This document shows, piece by piece, positions 36,417-46,184 of a stretch of DNA of 64,000 bases; the first letter of the stretch is position 1, and each line of letters starts with the position of its first letter. The position numbers and the translations under genes were made by a program. The notes beneath the pieces were generated by a model. The model was not told the DNA's origin, did not search any database, and was given only the letters and a program-made list of their open reading frames with translations. The stretch comes from Acidobacteriota bacterium (lineage in GTDB: Bacteria; Acidobacteriota; UBA4820; DSQY01). The stretch covers positions 112,718 through 176,717 of the forward strand of contig JBMFSH010000002.1 in NCBI GenBank assembly GCA_049967655.1, written 5' to 3'.

Positions 36417-36476
36417 TGCACCTCCTTCTGGAATTGCTGAAGTGGTAGGCGCGTTTGTTGCCGACGGAGGGCTGGC

Positions 36477-37262
36477 GTGGCCGAAGAGCGAAGGGTGACG
36501 GCGGTGGAGGTGGCGGGGGAGGCCGGCCCCTCTGAGGGCGGCTTTCTGACGCTCGTGCGGCTGAAGTACCGGAATCGCTACGACGACGGTACCCACTCCA
36601 GGCCCTATCTTTACGAATACATCCACCGGCGTGGCTTTGACGCCGTGGCCATGGCGCTCTACCACGAACTGGGCGGGCAGCCCCAGATGGCCTACCGGCC
36701 TGGCATCCGCGTGCCGGTCTACTTCCGGAAGGACCTTCCCCTTCCCCTGCCCGACCGGCGCAGCTACCTCTTCATCCCCGAGGCCGTGGCCGGTAGCCTC
36801 GAACCGCAGGACCGGGGAGTGGATGGCTTTTTGGCGCGGGTGGTGGCCGAGGTATGGGAGGAGGCCGGGCTTCGCATCTCGCCCGGCCAGGTCGAGCCGC
36901 TGGGCGGGGGCTTCTTTCCCTCGCACGGGCAGTCCTCGGAGAAGATCCACCTCTGCGCCGTCCGAGTCGATCCAGACGCGGCCACTGTGCCCGAAGGCGA
37001 CGGCTCGGTGAACGAAAGCGACGCGCCGCCCATCCGCTTCGAGCCGGTCCGCGAGATCCTTCTAGGGTGCGCCAGGGGGGAGATCGAAGACCCCAAGGTG
37101 GAGGTGCTCGCGTGGCGCCTCTGCCTGAGGCTGGGGTACCTGCCCGTGGAGGGGCGCTACGCGAATGCGGCGGAGCGATCCTCTGTGGTAGGATTCCAGG
37201 ACGCGATCCGCGACGGCGGTTGGTCGGGGGGCCCGCCTGAGGAAAGAGAATCTGGGGCTTGA
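36477..37262 (+). CDS. NUDIX-like hydrolase
   Basis: AGSLE...EVWEEAGL (degenerate Nudix box), FFPS.G.SSEKIH and GEIEDPK, resembling ADP-ribose pyrophosphatases. Confidence 0.72.
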   Translation: MAEERRVTAVEVAGEAGPSEGGFLTLVRLKYRNRYDDGTHSRPYLYEYIHRRGFDAVAMALYHELGGQPQMAYRPGIRVPVYFRKDLPLPLPDRRSYLFIPEAVAGSLEPQDRGVDGFLARVVAEVWEEAGLRISPGQVEPLGGGFFPSHGQSSEKIHLCAVRVDPDAATVPEGDGSVNESDAPPIRFEPVREILLGCARGEIEDPKVEVLAWRLCLRLGYLPVEGRYANAAERSSVVGFQDAIRDGGWSGGPPEERESGA

Positions 37263-37278
37263 CTGGGAAAGGGCGCCC

Positions 37279-38250
37279 ATGAAGGAGAACGTCTTCTGCC
37301 GATTGCTCAAGATCCGCTATCCCATCCTCGTGGGAGGGATGACCTGGGTCTCGGAGGCCGTCCTCGCGGCCGCCGTTTCCGAGGCCGGCGGGCTCGGGAC
37401 CATCGCCACCGGCAACATGCCGGGGGAGCTCCTCCGCGATGAGGTGCGCAAGCTGCGCACGCTCACGGACAGACCGTTCGCGGTCAACCTGATCATGCTC
37501 TCCCCCAATTTCCGCGACTGTCTGGAGGTGGTCAAGCAGGAGAGGGTACCCGTCATCACCCTGGGCGCAGGCAACTCCGGGCCCTTCATCGCCGATCTGA
37601 AGAGGGCGGGCGTCATCGTGATCCCCGTCGTCAACTCGGTGGCCCTGGCCAGGCGACTGGAGCGCTCCGGCGCCGATGCGATCGTGGCCGAGGGCGAGGA
37701 GGCGGGTGGACACATCGGCGACACCTCGACCATGCCCCTCATCCCCCAGATGGTGGACGCCCTCTCCATTCCGGTGGCGGCGGCGGGGGGCATCGCCGAC
37801 GGGCGGGGCATGGCCGCGGCCTTCGCCCTCGGGGCCCAGGGCATCCAACTGGGCACGGCCCTCGTTGTGGCCCACGAATCCAGGGCTCACGACAACTACA
37901 AGGAGGCCATCGTCAAGGCCTCCGACCGCGCCACGGCCGTGACGGGCCGCTCCATCAACAAGCCAGTTCGCGCCCTCAAGAACATGCTCACCCAGGAGTT
38001 CCACGAGATGGAGGGCCAGGGGGCGCCGTGGGAGGAGATCGAGGGCCTGGCCGTGGGCAGGCTGCGCGCCGCCGTCATGGAGGGAGACGTCACGCGCGGC
38101 TCCGTGATGATGGGCCAGGTGGCCGGACTCGTGAAGCGCCGTGCGAGCGCAAAGGAGATCCTCGACGGTGTAGTGAAGGAGTTCAACGAGGTCATGGAGA
38201 AGATCGGGGGCTACCGAATCCCGCCCGGCGGCTTTCCAGTCGATTCTTGA
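37279..38250 (+). CDS. FabK/nitronate monooxygenase family flavoenzyme (probable enoyl-ACP reductase II)
   Basis: YPI..GGM.WVS, EAGGHIG, AAGGIADGRG and MMGQVAG motifs. Confidence 0.85.
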   Translation: MKENVFCRLLKIRYPILVGGMTWVSEAVLAAAVSEAGGLGTIATGNMPGELLRDEVRKLRTLTDRPFAVNLIMLSPNFRDCLEVVKQERVPVITLGAGNSGPFIADLKRAGVIVIPVVNSVALARRLERSGADAIVAEGEEAGGHIGDTSTMPLIPQMVDALSIPVAAAGGIADGRGMAAAFALGAQGIQLGTALVVAHESRAHDNYKEAIVKASDRATAVTGRSINKPVRALKNMLTQEFHEMEGQGAPWEEIEGLAVGRLRAAVMEGDVTRGSVMMGQVAGLVKRRASAKEILDGVVKEFNEVMEKIGGYRIPPGGFPVDS

Positions 38251-38292
38251 TCGAGATCTAAAACCGTCCACCCGCCATCAAAGGCATGCGCC

Positions 38293-39270
38293 ATGGCTCC
38301 CTACCCCTCCTATTTGAACCTCCTCTCGACCGGAGAACTGGACAGGCGCGTGGGGCTGCTGCTGGGCCGCCTGGGCCAGTGCGTCGTCTGCCCGCGCCAC
38401 TGCCGGGTGAAGCGGCTGAGGGACATGAAGGCCGTCTGTAGCACGGGACGCTGGGCGGAGGTAGCCTCTTGGTGCGTTCACCGGGGTGAGGAGCCCTGTA
38501 TCAGCGGGCTTAGGGGCTCAGGCACGGTCTTCTTTGCCCACTGCAACCTCTCCTGCCTCTTCTGCCAGAACTGGCAGATCAGCCAGGCCTGGGAGCCAGG
38601 CGAGCAGGCCAAGAACGCCGAGGAGTTGGCGGAGATCTACCTTGACCTCCAGGCGCAGGGGGTCCACAACCTCAACTGGGTGAGCCCCAGCCACGTCGTC
38701 CCCCAGGCCGTGGAGGCTCTGGCCGTGGCGGCGAGGCGGGGCCTGCGGCTGCCGGTGGTCTACAACTCCAACGGCTACGACGACGTGGACACCCTTCGCC
38801 TGCTGGACGGAATCGTGGACCTCTACCTTCCGGACCTGAAGTACGCTGACGACGCGGCCGCCGACGAGCTCTCCCGCGCCGTGGGCTATGCGGCCAACGC
38901 CCAGGCGGCCATGGCCGAAATGTGGCGGCAGGTCGGCCCGCTGGAACTGGACGAGGAGGGCCAGGCCGTCCGTGGGCTGCTGGTGCGCCACCTCGTCCTG
39001 CCCAACGGCCTCAGCCAGACGCGCGAGGTGTTGAGGTTTCTCGCTTCGCTCGGCCCGGAGGTGGCGGTAAGCCTCATGGCCCAATACTCCCCGCAGGGGC
39101 GGGCGTTCGACCACCCCCTCCTGGCGCGCCCGCTCCAAATGGGCGAATACGCAAGGGCCGTGGAGGCGCTCGAAGAGAGCGGGATCACAGACGGCTACGT
39201 TCAGGAGCTGACGGCCCAGTCCAACTACCTACCCGACTTCTCCTCGGACGGGCACCCCTTCGAGCGGTAG
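38293..39270 (+). CDS. Radical SAM protein, PflX-like
   Basis: CVVCPRHC, HRGEE.CISG..GSGTVFF, CNLSCLFCQN and LLVRHLVLP motifs. Confidence 0.88.
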   Translation: MAPYPSYLNLLSTGELDRRVGLLLGRLGQCVVCPRHCRVKRLRDMKAVCSTGRWAEVASWCVHRGEEPCISGLRGSGTVFFAHCNLSCLFCQNWQISQAWEPGEQAKNAEELAEIYLDLQAQGVHNLNWVSPSHVVPQAVEALAVAARRGLRLPVVYNSNGYDDVDTLRLLDGIVDLYLPDLKYADDAAADELSRAVGYAANAQAAMAEMWRQVGPLELDEEGQAVRGLLVRHLVLPNGLSQTREVLRFLASLGPEVAVSLMAQYSPQGRAFDHPLLARPLQMGEYARAVEALEESGITDGYVQELTAQSNYLPDFSSDGHPFER

Positions 39271-39279
39271 GCCCCAACC

Positions 39280-40128
39280 TCACCCGCCCTTTTCGGTCAC
39301 GTGGCGGAACGAGTTCTTGCCCTCCCGCTTGGCTTCGTACATCAGCTGGTCCACCCGTTTGAGCATGGCCGTGTAGGAAGAAGGGGGGCCCTCGAAGGTG
39401 ACCGCTCCCACGCTCAGCGTCACCGGCCAGCCCTGAGCCTGCACCGCCTCCTGAAGGTGGCGGTGGAGGCGCGTGAGGACGAAGGGGGCCGCGCTGCCAC
39501 CGCACTCGGGAAGCAGGAGCGCGAATTCGTCCCCGCCCAGTCTCGCGAAGGCGTCGCTGGAGCGCACGTTTTGCATCACCGCTCGGGCCACCGTCTGCAG
39601 GACCGCGTCTCCGGTGGCGTGGCCAAAGCGGTCGTTGACCGCCTTGAAGTTGTCCAGGTCGGCGAAGGCCACGGTGAACGGCCGCCCGTTGCGGCCGGTG
39701 CGCCCTATCTCTCTCTCGGCCACCTCCTCGAAGGCGCGGGCGTTGAGGGCGCCGGTGAGGTGGTCGGTGCGCGCGTAGCTCCGCTCCCTCTCCAGGGTCT
39801 TCCTCAGACTGGTGGTGAGGGCCACCGCGGCGAGGAATACCAGCAGCTCTAGGGCTGCGTTCAGGAGGGGCAGGAGGCTGTGGTGGCCGGGTGCGAGGGC
39901 CAGGAACTCCCATACGAACAGGTCCAGAACCGTGAGCACCAGGGCCAGTAGGCCCGCCCAGAGGCCGACGAACCAGGAGAGCAGGACGATGGGGACCAGG
40001 TAGAGGGCCGAGAGGGAGAGGAGGGAACCCATCGCGTAGTCCACGAAACCGAGGGCCAGCAGGATGAGGAGCCCCACGATCAACCATACGGCCTTGGCGC
40101 GCTTTCGCAGCGCCTTCCTAAGGTTCAC
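39280..40128 (-). CDS. Membrane-bound diguanylate cyclase
   Basis: N-terminal TM helices, DLDNFK.VND.FGH, RSSD I-site and GGDEF. Confidence 0.93.
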   Translation of the reverse strand: MNLRKALRKRAKAVWLIVGLLILLALGFVDYAMGSLLSLSALYLVPIVLLSWFVGLWAGLLALVLTVLDLFVWEFLALAPGHHSLLPLLNAALELLVFLAAVALTTSLRKTLERERSYARTDHLTGALNARAFEEVAEREIGRTGRNGRPFTVAFADLDNFKAVNDRFGHATGDAVLQTVARAVMQNVRSSDAFARLGGDEFALLLPECGGSAAPFVLTRLHRHLQEAVQAQGWPVTLSVGAVTFEGPPSSYTAMLKRVDQLMYEAKREGKNSFRHVTEKGG

Positions 40129-40792
40129 GCTCTTCCCCCAAGTGGCCCCAGGTCACTTCCGCGGCCGCGAAGCGCGCCATGAGATCCGCCATCCTTCCGG
40201 CCGCCGCCTTCGCCTCCGCGGCGAGCGCGCGCGGCGCATAAACGATCCCCAGGGCGCGCCGGGTCCCGGCGTGGGTCTTCGTGGCCTGGCTGTCCTTCAC
40301 CGGCGACGCGCAGGGAAGATCCGACGGCAGCCGGGCCACCAGCAACAGATCGCGCAGGTCGATCACCTGTCCCGAAGCATTGAAGGCGTACGACTCGGCC
40401 TCGCGCCCCCGCCGAACCCTGAAGGCGCATCCGCCCGCTGCCTCCACGTCCACGAGGGAGATGGGGAGCAGGGTCTCCAGGGAGACCAGGTTGTTGATGT
40501 CGGCGAGGGTGTTGATCCTCGGAAACCGCCCCTCCACCGCCTCCCGCAGGAGATACTCGCTCGCCGGCTTGGCCCGACCCGTCGGCTTGTAAGCGCCGAA
40601 GCGCAGGAGATCCCTGACCGCCGCCTTGCGGGCGCGGTTCGACGACCGAGCCTCCTCCTCGACCGCTGCCGCAACGGCGCGGTCAATCTGAGAGAGAAGG
40701 GGCGAGGGCGAGGGGCCGGCGCGGCACCCCCTGGCCTCCACCCAACCAATTGCTACACCCTGTTCCGTAAGACCTAAGGACAGCTCATCCAT
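40118..40792 (-). CDS. B3/B4 (PheRS beta-related) domain protein
   Basis: YKPTGR.KPASEYL, FPRINTLADINN and SPVKDSQATK motifs. Start trimmed to ATG 40792. Confidence 0.8.
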   Translation of the reverse strand: MDELSLGLTEQGVAIGWVEARGCRAGPSPSPLLSQIDRAVAAAVEEEARSSNRARKAAVRDLLRFGAYKPTGRAKPASEYLLREAVEGRFPRINTLADINNLVSLETLLPISLVDVEAAGGCAFRVRRGREAESYAFNASGQVIDLRDLLLVARLPSDLPCASPVKDSQATKTHAGTRRALGIVYAPRALAAEAKAAAGRMADLMARFAAAEVTWGHLGEEREP

Positions 40793-40859
40793 TCCGTTAC
40801 GATTGTACGGCCTCTTCCGCCGCCAGGGAATGGACGCCCCCAAAAACCACAGGGGGGGC

Positions 40860-42035
40860 CTAGAGCTCCCGCAGCGCAACGGCGACGGGTAGGCGGGCCG
40901 CCCGAAGGGCCGGCACGAGCCCGCCCACAAACCCCATGGCCAGTGCGAAGAGGAGGCCCCTCGCCAAGAGGCTTGGGGCAACGCGAAAGGCGAAGGCCAC
41001 TTGGGAAAAGCTCTGCCAGTTGAGTGTGGACGTGGTGAGGCCGTTGACGGGCCACACGGCCAAGCAGCCCACGATGCCTCCCGCGAAGGCCACGAGAAGG
41101 GACTCGGTGACGAAGGAGAGCGCCACGGCAACCCCGCCGAACCCCATGGCCCTCAGCGTCGCGATCTCCCGCGCCCGGGCGGCCACGGAGGCATAGAGGG
41201 TGTTGAAGGCCCCGAAAACGGCCCCCACGCCCATCACCGAGGCAACGAGAAAACCGAGAACCGTAATGACCTTCGAGACGGCCCTGGACTGATCCGCGTA
41301 GTAAGTCGTCTCCCGCTGCGCTCGGACCGTCAGCCTGGGGTCGCTCTCAAGGGCCCGTTTGAATGGGGTGAGGGCCGAAGGAGAGGCAAGACGCACGGTG
41401 ACCGACGAGAAGAGGTCTGCGGGACGCTTGTAGGTCTGGCTCAAGATGGGTTCGTCGGCCCAGACCTCCGAATCGAAAGCGCTCCCCCCTGAATTCATGA
41501 TGCCGACAACCCGCCAGGTCCGCCCGCCAAAGCGTGGCTCGTCTCCCAACCGGAGCCCCGAGTAAATATTCTCTGCATTTCTTCCCACGACCAACTCCGG
41601 AAGGCCAGGCCGAAAAAAGCGTCCCTGCACGATGCGCACACCGCGATGCACTCGCAGAGCCTCGGCAGAGACACCCCGCACCGGTGCAAGCGCAGCCGCG
41701 TCGCTGGCGCGGTGGTGGAACGGGGCTATGACGAACAGTTCGCCGCTCACCATGGGGCGACCTTGGGCATCGTGAGCCACACCGGGGGCGTCGGCGATGA
41801 CCTCCATTTGGTCTCTCGTGATAACCGACTCCATCTCGGTCGTAGCTCCTCCTCTGAGCACGATGGCATTGGTTGGCGAACCCGATTGCACGAGCGTCTG
41901 CCGAAACCCCTTGGCCAAAGAGAGCATGGCTACGAACACGGCCACCACGCCGGCTATCCCCAAAACCGCAACCAGGTTGCTACGCCAGCGCACCCTGACG
42001 CTTCGCAAGTTATAAATCAGCGGGATGGCGCTCAC
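40860..42035 (-). CDS. ABC transporter permease (MacB/FtsX family)
   Basis: MacB periplasmic core, REIATLRAMGF and C-terminal PALRAARL. Confidence 0.9.
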   Translation of the reverse strand: MSAIPLIYNLRSVRVRWRSNLVAVLGIAGVVAVFVAMLSLAKGFRQTLVQSGSPTNAIVLRGGATTEMESVITRDQMEVIADAPGVAHDAQGRPMVSGELFVIAPFHHRASDAAALAPVRGVSAEALRVHRGVRIVQGRFFRPGLPELVVGRNAENIYSGLRLGDEPRFGGRTWRVVGIMNSGGSAFDSEVWADEPILSQTYKRPADLFSSVTVRLASPSALTPFKRALESDPRLTVRAQRETTYYADQSRAVSKVITVLGFLVASVMGVGAVFGAFNTLYASVAARAREIATLRAMGFGGVAVALSFVTESLLVAFAGGIVGCLAVWPVNGLTTSTLNWQSFSQVAFAFRVAPSLLARGLLFALAMGFVGGLVPALRAARLPVAVALREL

Positions 42036-42153
42036 GTCGCTGCTTCTCCCCAGGATCGAATGGATGGAACCAAGCCTGCCTCCTCCTTAGCCGCCTCATA
42101 CCACCCGGCGCGCCCCAGTACTGCCTCATCCTCTCTTCCTCGCCGGTCCATGC

Positions 42154-43293
42154 TCACACCCTTCGCAGGGCCTCCACGATCTTCAGGCGTCCGGCCGCTA
42201 GTGCGGGCAGAATTCCCGCCGCCACCCCCACCACCGCCGCCAGCAAGAACCCGAGGAGCATTCTCCCCGGCCCCAGGTAGAAAACGGGCAGCAGACCGCC
42301 CGTGGGGTCGCCTCGGAGGGTGAAGAGTTTGGCCCCGAGCAGCCCTAGCGCCCCGCCCGAGAGGGCGTAGAAAAGTGCCTCCGCCAGCACGAGCCAGAGC
42401 ACCTCTCCGTCTCCGAAGCCGACCGTCTTGAGCACGGCCAGCTCGGCCGTCCGCTCCCTGACAGCCAGGGCCATGGCGTTGCCCGTCACGAGCAGGAGGG
42501 TGAAGAATACCACCCCGCCGACCACAAGGATCAGGAGCTGAATGTCCCCCACCTGTTTTACGAAACCAGCGGCAAAGGCCTTTTCGCTCTCGGCCGCCGT
42601 CTCCCACGGGGAGTTAGCGAATCGGCGGTCGATGGCCTCGGCCACGGCTGCCGCCCGGTCGGGGTTCCGAACCTGCACCACGTACCAGCCCACGGTCCCT
42701 TTGCCCCACACGCGGCGCTCGTCCAAGTAGTCGTTGCGCAACCATAGCTGGCTCGTATCGTCCTCCCGGCGCGTGCCGTCATAGATGCCGCACACGTCGA
42801 AATCCCAATCCCCGCCGAAGATGCCGGCCATGAGTGGGATACGGTCGCCTACCTTGAAACCAAAGCGCTCCGCAGTCTTGCGCCCGACGATGCAGCCCTG
42901 GCGGTCCCTAAGGAAGGCCTGCCACTCCTTGGGCGGAACGCGGTATTCGGGGTAGACCCGCAGCCAGGTGGCCGCGTCTACGGCGAAGTTGGGAAAGAAA
43001 TTTTTGGGGTCCCGGTAGTACCCTCCGAACCAAGTGGCGTAGGTCACCGCCTTGACGCCGGGTAGCTGCACCATCTGGTCCTTGTAAGCGAGAGGCAGGG
43101 GCAGGATGAGGGAGACTTTGTTGCGGACGATGAGCCGGTCCACACCAGCCACCTGGACCCCCTGCGTGAAGGCTGTCTGAATGGCCGCCAGGAGGCCGAA
43201 GAGGAAGAGGGCCACGGCGAAGGACCCCATGGTGAGAGCCGAGCGAACCCTCTTTCGCTTCACGTTGGCCCAAACGAGACGAAGAAACTTCAC
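42154..43293 (-). CDS. ABC transporter permease (MacB/FtsX family)
   Basis: TWFGG and RERTAELAVLKTVGF motifs, 4-TM topology. Confidence 0.9.
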   Translation of the reverse strand: MKFLRLVWANVKRKRVRSALTMGSFAVALFLFGLLAAIQTAFTQGVQVAGVDRLIVRNKVSLILPLPLAYKDQMVQLPGVKAVTYATWFGGYYRDPKNFFPNFAVDAATWLRVYPEYRVPPKEWQAFLRDRQGCIVGRKTAERFGFKVGDRIPLMAGIFGGDWDFDVCGIYDGTRREDDTSQLWLRNDYLDERRVWGKGTVGWYVVQVRNPDRAAAVAEAIDRRFANSPWETAAESEKAFAAGFVKQVGDIQLLILVVGGVVFFTLLLVTGNAMALAVRERTAELAVLKTVGFGDGEVLWLVLAEALFYALSGGALGLLGAKLFTLRGDPTGGLLPVFYLGPGRMLLGFLLAAVVGVAAGILPALAAGRLKIVEALRRV

Positions 43294-43304
43294 GCTCTTC
43301 TCCC

Positions 43305-44024
43305 TTAGGGTCCTGGTAATGAGCCCCTGCTCTCCACGAGGACTCCCTTCTCGAGATGGAGGAGGACGCCCGCCCGCTCGGCCGCCTTGGGATCGTGCGT
43401 TACCATGAGGATGGTCTTTTCGTAACGCACCGATAGGGTCGTGAGGAGGTCGAGCACGCCGTCCGCGCTTGCCCGGTCCAAATCGCCCGTCGGCTCGTCG
43501 CAGAGCAGGAAGGTGGGATCGGCCACGATGGCTCTTGCGATGGCCACGCGCTGTTCCTGGCCCCCTGAGAGCTGGCGGGGGTAGAAGTCTAGGCGGTCCG
43601 AAAGGCCCACCAGCGACAAGGCCGCCTCCACGTGGCCCCGGCGCTCGGCCTTGGAAAGTCGCGTAAGCAATAATGGGAGCTCTACGTTCTGGAAGGCCGT
43701 GAGGACGGGGAGCAGGTTGTACATTTGGAAAACAAAGCCCACGTGGCGGGCCCGCCAGGCAGCCAAGCGCGAAGCCGAGAGGCGCGTAATCTCATCCCCC
43801 GCCACCGTAATGCTACCCGAGGTGGGCACGTCCAGTCCGCCCAAGAGGTTCAGGAGCGTCGTCTTGCCCGAGCCGCTCGGCCCCATGAAGGCTACGAATT
43901 CCCCCTCGTCCACGCTCAGGTTCAGGCCCTGCAGGACGTGCACCTCCTGGCCGCCCCGCCGGTAGCTCTTGTCGAGGTTGCGAACCCGGATGAGCGCCTC
44001 GCCATTATCGTCGAGCCTGACCAT
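43305..44024 (-). CDS. ABC transporter ATP-binding protein (LolD/MacB type)
   Basis: [21 protein letters not shown] and VTHD motifs. Confidence 0.95.
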   Translation of the reverse strand: MVRLDDNGEALIRVRNLDKSYRRGGQEVHVLQGLNLSVDEGEFVAFMGPSGSGKTTLLNLLGGLDVPTSGSITVAGDEITRLSASRLAAWRARHVGFVFQMYNLLPVLTAFQNVELPLLLTRLSKAERRGHVEAALSLVGLSDRLDFYPRQLSGGQEQRVAIARAIVADPTFLLCDEPTGDLDRASADGVLDLLTTLSVRYEKTILMVTHDPKAAERAGVLLHLEKGVLVESRGSLPGP

Positions 44025-44132
44025 CGAAGCGGCCCCCTCGTTGCTTCCATGGGAAGAGAATCTGGGACGGGACGGGAAGAGATCGCGCCGCCCGCGGTTC
44101 GAACCTTCTCCAGACCCCTTATTCGGCCCCGC

Positions 44133-45356
44133 TCAGGAGCCCTTCACCTTGACGCGCTGGCCGTCCCTCAAGCGATCCAGCTCAGAAACGGCAACCACCT
44201 CTCCCGGGGAGAGGCCATCGAGGATCTCCACCTCGGAGCCCCGCTTCTCGCCCAGTACCACCGGCGTCATCCGGAGCCTGCCGCCGACCACCCTGAACGC
44301 CACCGGGCCTCCCTTCCCGGAGCGCACCGCGGCGTCCGGCACGAGCGCCTTGGCCTTGCTAGGCTTCAGGGCTTCGGGACTCAGGAAGGCCACCCGTACC
44401 CCCATATCCGGCAGGATGCGCGGATCGAGGTGGTCGAAGGCAACGCGGACCTTCACCGTGGCCTTCTGCCGGTCGGCCGTGGGGATGATGGTGCGAACCT
44501 TGCCTGGAATCCGCCAGGACGGGTAGGCGTCCAGCGTGGCCTCCACCGGCATACCCGGGTGGACCTCGGCGATGAAGGACTCGTTCACGTCCACTTCGAT
44601 CTCCAGGGAGGACATGTCCACAACCGTGCAAATGCCCGTCCGTGTGAACCCTCCTCCCGCCGAGATGGGCGACACGATTTCACCTGGCTGGGCGTCCTTG
44701 GATACTACGGTCCCCGCGAAGGGAGCTCGAATGACGCAATTCTCGAGATCCCTGTTGGCCACCTCCACTTGCGCCTCGGCGGCCTTCACCTGCTCCCGTT
44801 GAAGATGGAGCTGCGCCCTCAAGTCTTCCACGGCGGTGCGGGCCCGATCCAGGCTCTGCTGGTCGGCGTAGCCACTCTCCGAGAGCGCTCGGGTGCGGGA
44901 AAGCTCCCTGCCGGCCTCCGCCAAATCCGCGCGCAGCTTGGGCAGCGCCGCCATGGCCACAGCCCGGCCAGCCTCCGCCAACCGGTAGGCCGCCAGCGCA
45001 TCCAAATCGTCCAGGCGGGCCAGCACCTGCCCCTTCTCCACGTGCATGCCCTCCTCCACGGGGACCTCTTTAACCCGGCCCGTGACCTTGGCCGCCACCG
45101 TGGCCCTGAGCCTTGGTGCAACATAGCCGCTCGCGTTGAGAACCGTAGCCGCCTCGATTCCCCAAGCGGGGCGCGCGGTGGCCGTCTCCACCACCAGCGG
45201 CCTGCTCCAGAACCAGAGGAACCAGAGCACCAGTGCGAGAAGAAGCACCCCTCCGCCCCAGAGCCAACGGCCCCGGCGAGGGCCTCCCCCTCTGCGATCA
45301 GGGTCTATCTTCAAAGCGGACAGGTCAACATCCCTGGCCGAATGGTCCTCGTTCAT
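44133..45356 (-). CDS. Efflux periplasmic adaptor (membrane fusion protein)
   Basis: TM helix, LNASGYV, lipoyl halves (V.KGQVLARLD and IRAPF.G) and PTADRQKATV. Confidence 0.9.
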   Translation of the reverse strand: MNEDHSARDVDLSALKIDPDRRGGGPRRGRWLWGGGVLLLALVLWFLWFWSRPLVVETATARPAWGIEAATVLNASGYVAPRLRATVAAKVTGRVKEVPVEEGMHVEKGQVLARLDDLDALAAYRLAEAGRAVAMAALPKLRADLAEAGRELSRTRALSESGYADQQSLDRARTAVEDLRAQLHLQREQVKAAEAQVEVANRDLENCVIRAPFAGTVVSKDAQPGEIVSPISAGGGFTRTGICTVVDMSSLEIEVDVNESFIAEVHPGMPVEATLDAYPSWRIPGKVRTIIPTADRQKATVKVRVAFDHLDPRILPDMGVRVAFLSPEALKPSKAKALVPDAAVRSGKGGPVAFRVVGGRLRMTPVVLGEKRGSEVEILDGLSPGEVVAVSELDRLRDGQRVKVKGS

Positions 45357-45421
45357 TGATTCCCCCTTCACCTAGGCCTGCGACAACCGTAAAGTCCGGC
45401 GGCCTGAACCCTTTCGCAAGG

Positions 45422-45928
45422 TCACGCCAGCGAATAGGACTCCCAGCCGCCCCTGAGGGTGCGCACCCTCAAGAGACACTCCGGCAGGTCGAAACGGAGG
45501 GTCCGGCCCTGGCTTCCCCCCGTCAGTTCAAGCGCCAGCGGCACGGCGCCTCCGGCAAGCAGGGCCTTGAGGCGCTCCACGTTTCTGGCCCCGATGCCCG
45601 TGTCCAGAAGTTCCGCTCCCTGGAAGAGCCGGGCCCCGCCCACCAGGGCCGCCCTCATTCGAGCCGGTTTTGCTCCCACGCCCACCAGGGCTCTGGACAG
45701 GGAAGGCAGCGCCTCCACTCCGTACTTGGCCGGCAGGCCGGCCCGATCGGTGCCTGGGGGGGGCTCGCCGGGAAGCAGCACGTGGGCCAGACCGCCGACC
45801 CCCGCCTCGGGGTCGCACAGGAGCAGCGCCACGCAGGAACCGAGCCCATAGACCGCCAGCGAACAGGAGCCGGTCTGGACGCAGAGCTGGCCGATGAAGA
45901 CGGTATGTACCGGCCTGTTATCCTCCAA
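45422..45928 (-). CDS. cheD: Chemoreceptor glutamine deamidase CheD
   Basis: GLGSCV, GLAHVLLP, AKY, GGA.LF, IG.RN and TGG..GR motifs. Confidence 0.88.
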   Translation of the reverse strand: MEDNRPVHTVFIGQLCVQTGSCSLAVYGLGSCVALLLCDPEAGVGGLAHVLLPGEPPPGTDRAGLPAKYGVEALPSLSRALVGVGAKPARMRAALVGGARLFQGAELLDTGIGARNVERLKALLAGGAVPLALELTGGSQGRTLRFDLPECLLRVRTLRGGWESYSLA

Positions 45929-46184
45929 GGAACTCCCTCACGTCCGGTTTCAGGAAGAGCTCCTCCAGGTCAGCGCCCGCCACCTCTCTGCGAACGAGCT
46001 CGGCCTTCTCCTCGGCATCCAGGTACCGGTTCACGATCAGCACCTTTCGGCCCCTGACCACGCAGAGGGCGCCGGCGCTCTTTATCCGGGAGGTCTCGCG
46101 GAAGTCGATCCCCATCTTGCGAAGAGCCTCCTTGAGCTCCTCGAGAAACGCCTCCCACTCCTTTCGGTTCCAGCGGCGGCTCAC
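45918..46184 (-). CDS. Conserved hypothetical protein (88 aa)
   Basis: Translationally coupled between the LeuA-like gene and cheD. GALCVVRG..VLIVN and LFLKP.VRE motifs. Confidence 0.65.
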   Translation of the reverse strand: MSRRWNRKEWEAFLEELKEALRKMGIDFRETSRIKSAGALCVVRGRKVLIVNRYLDAEEKAELVRREVAGADLEELFLKPDVREFLGG

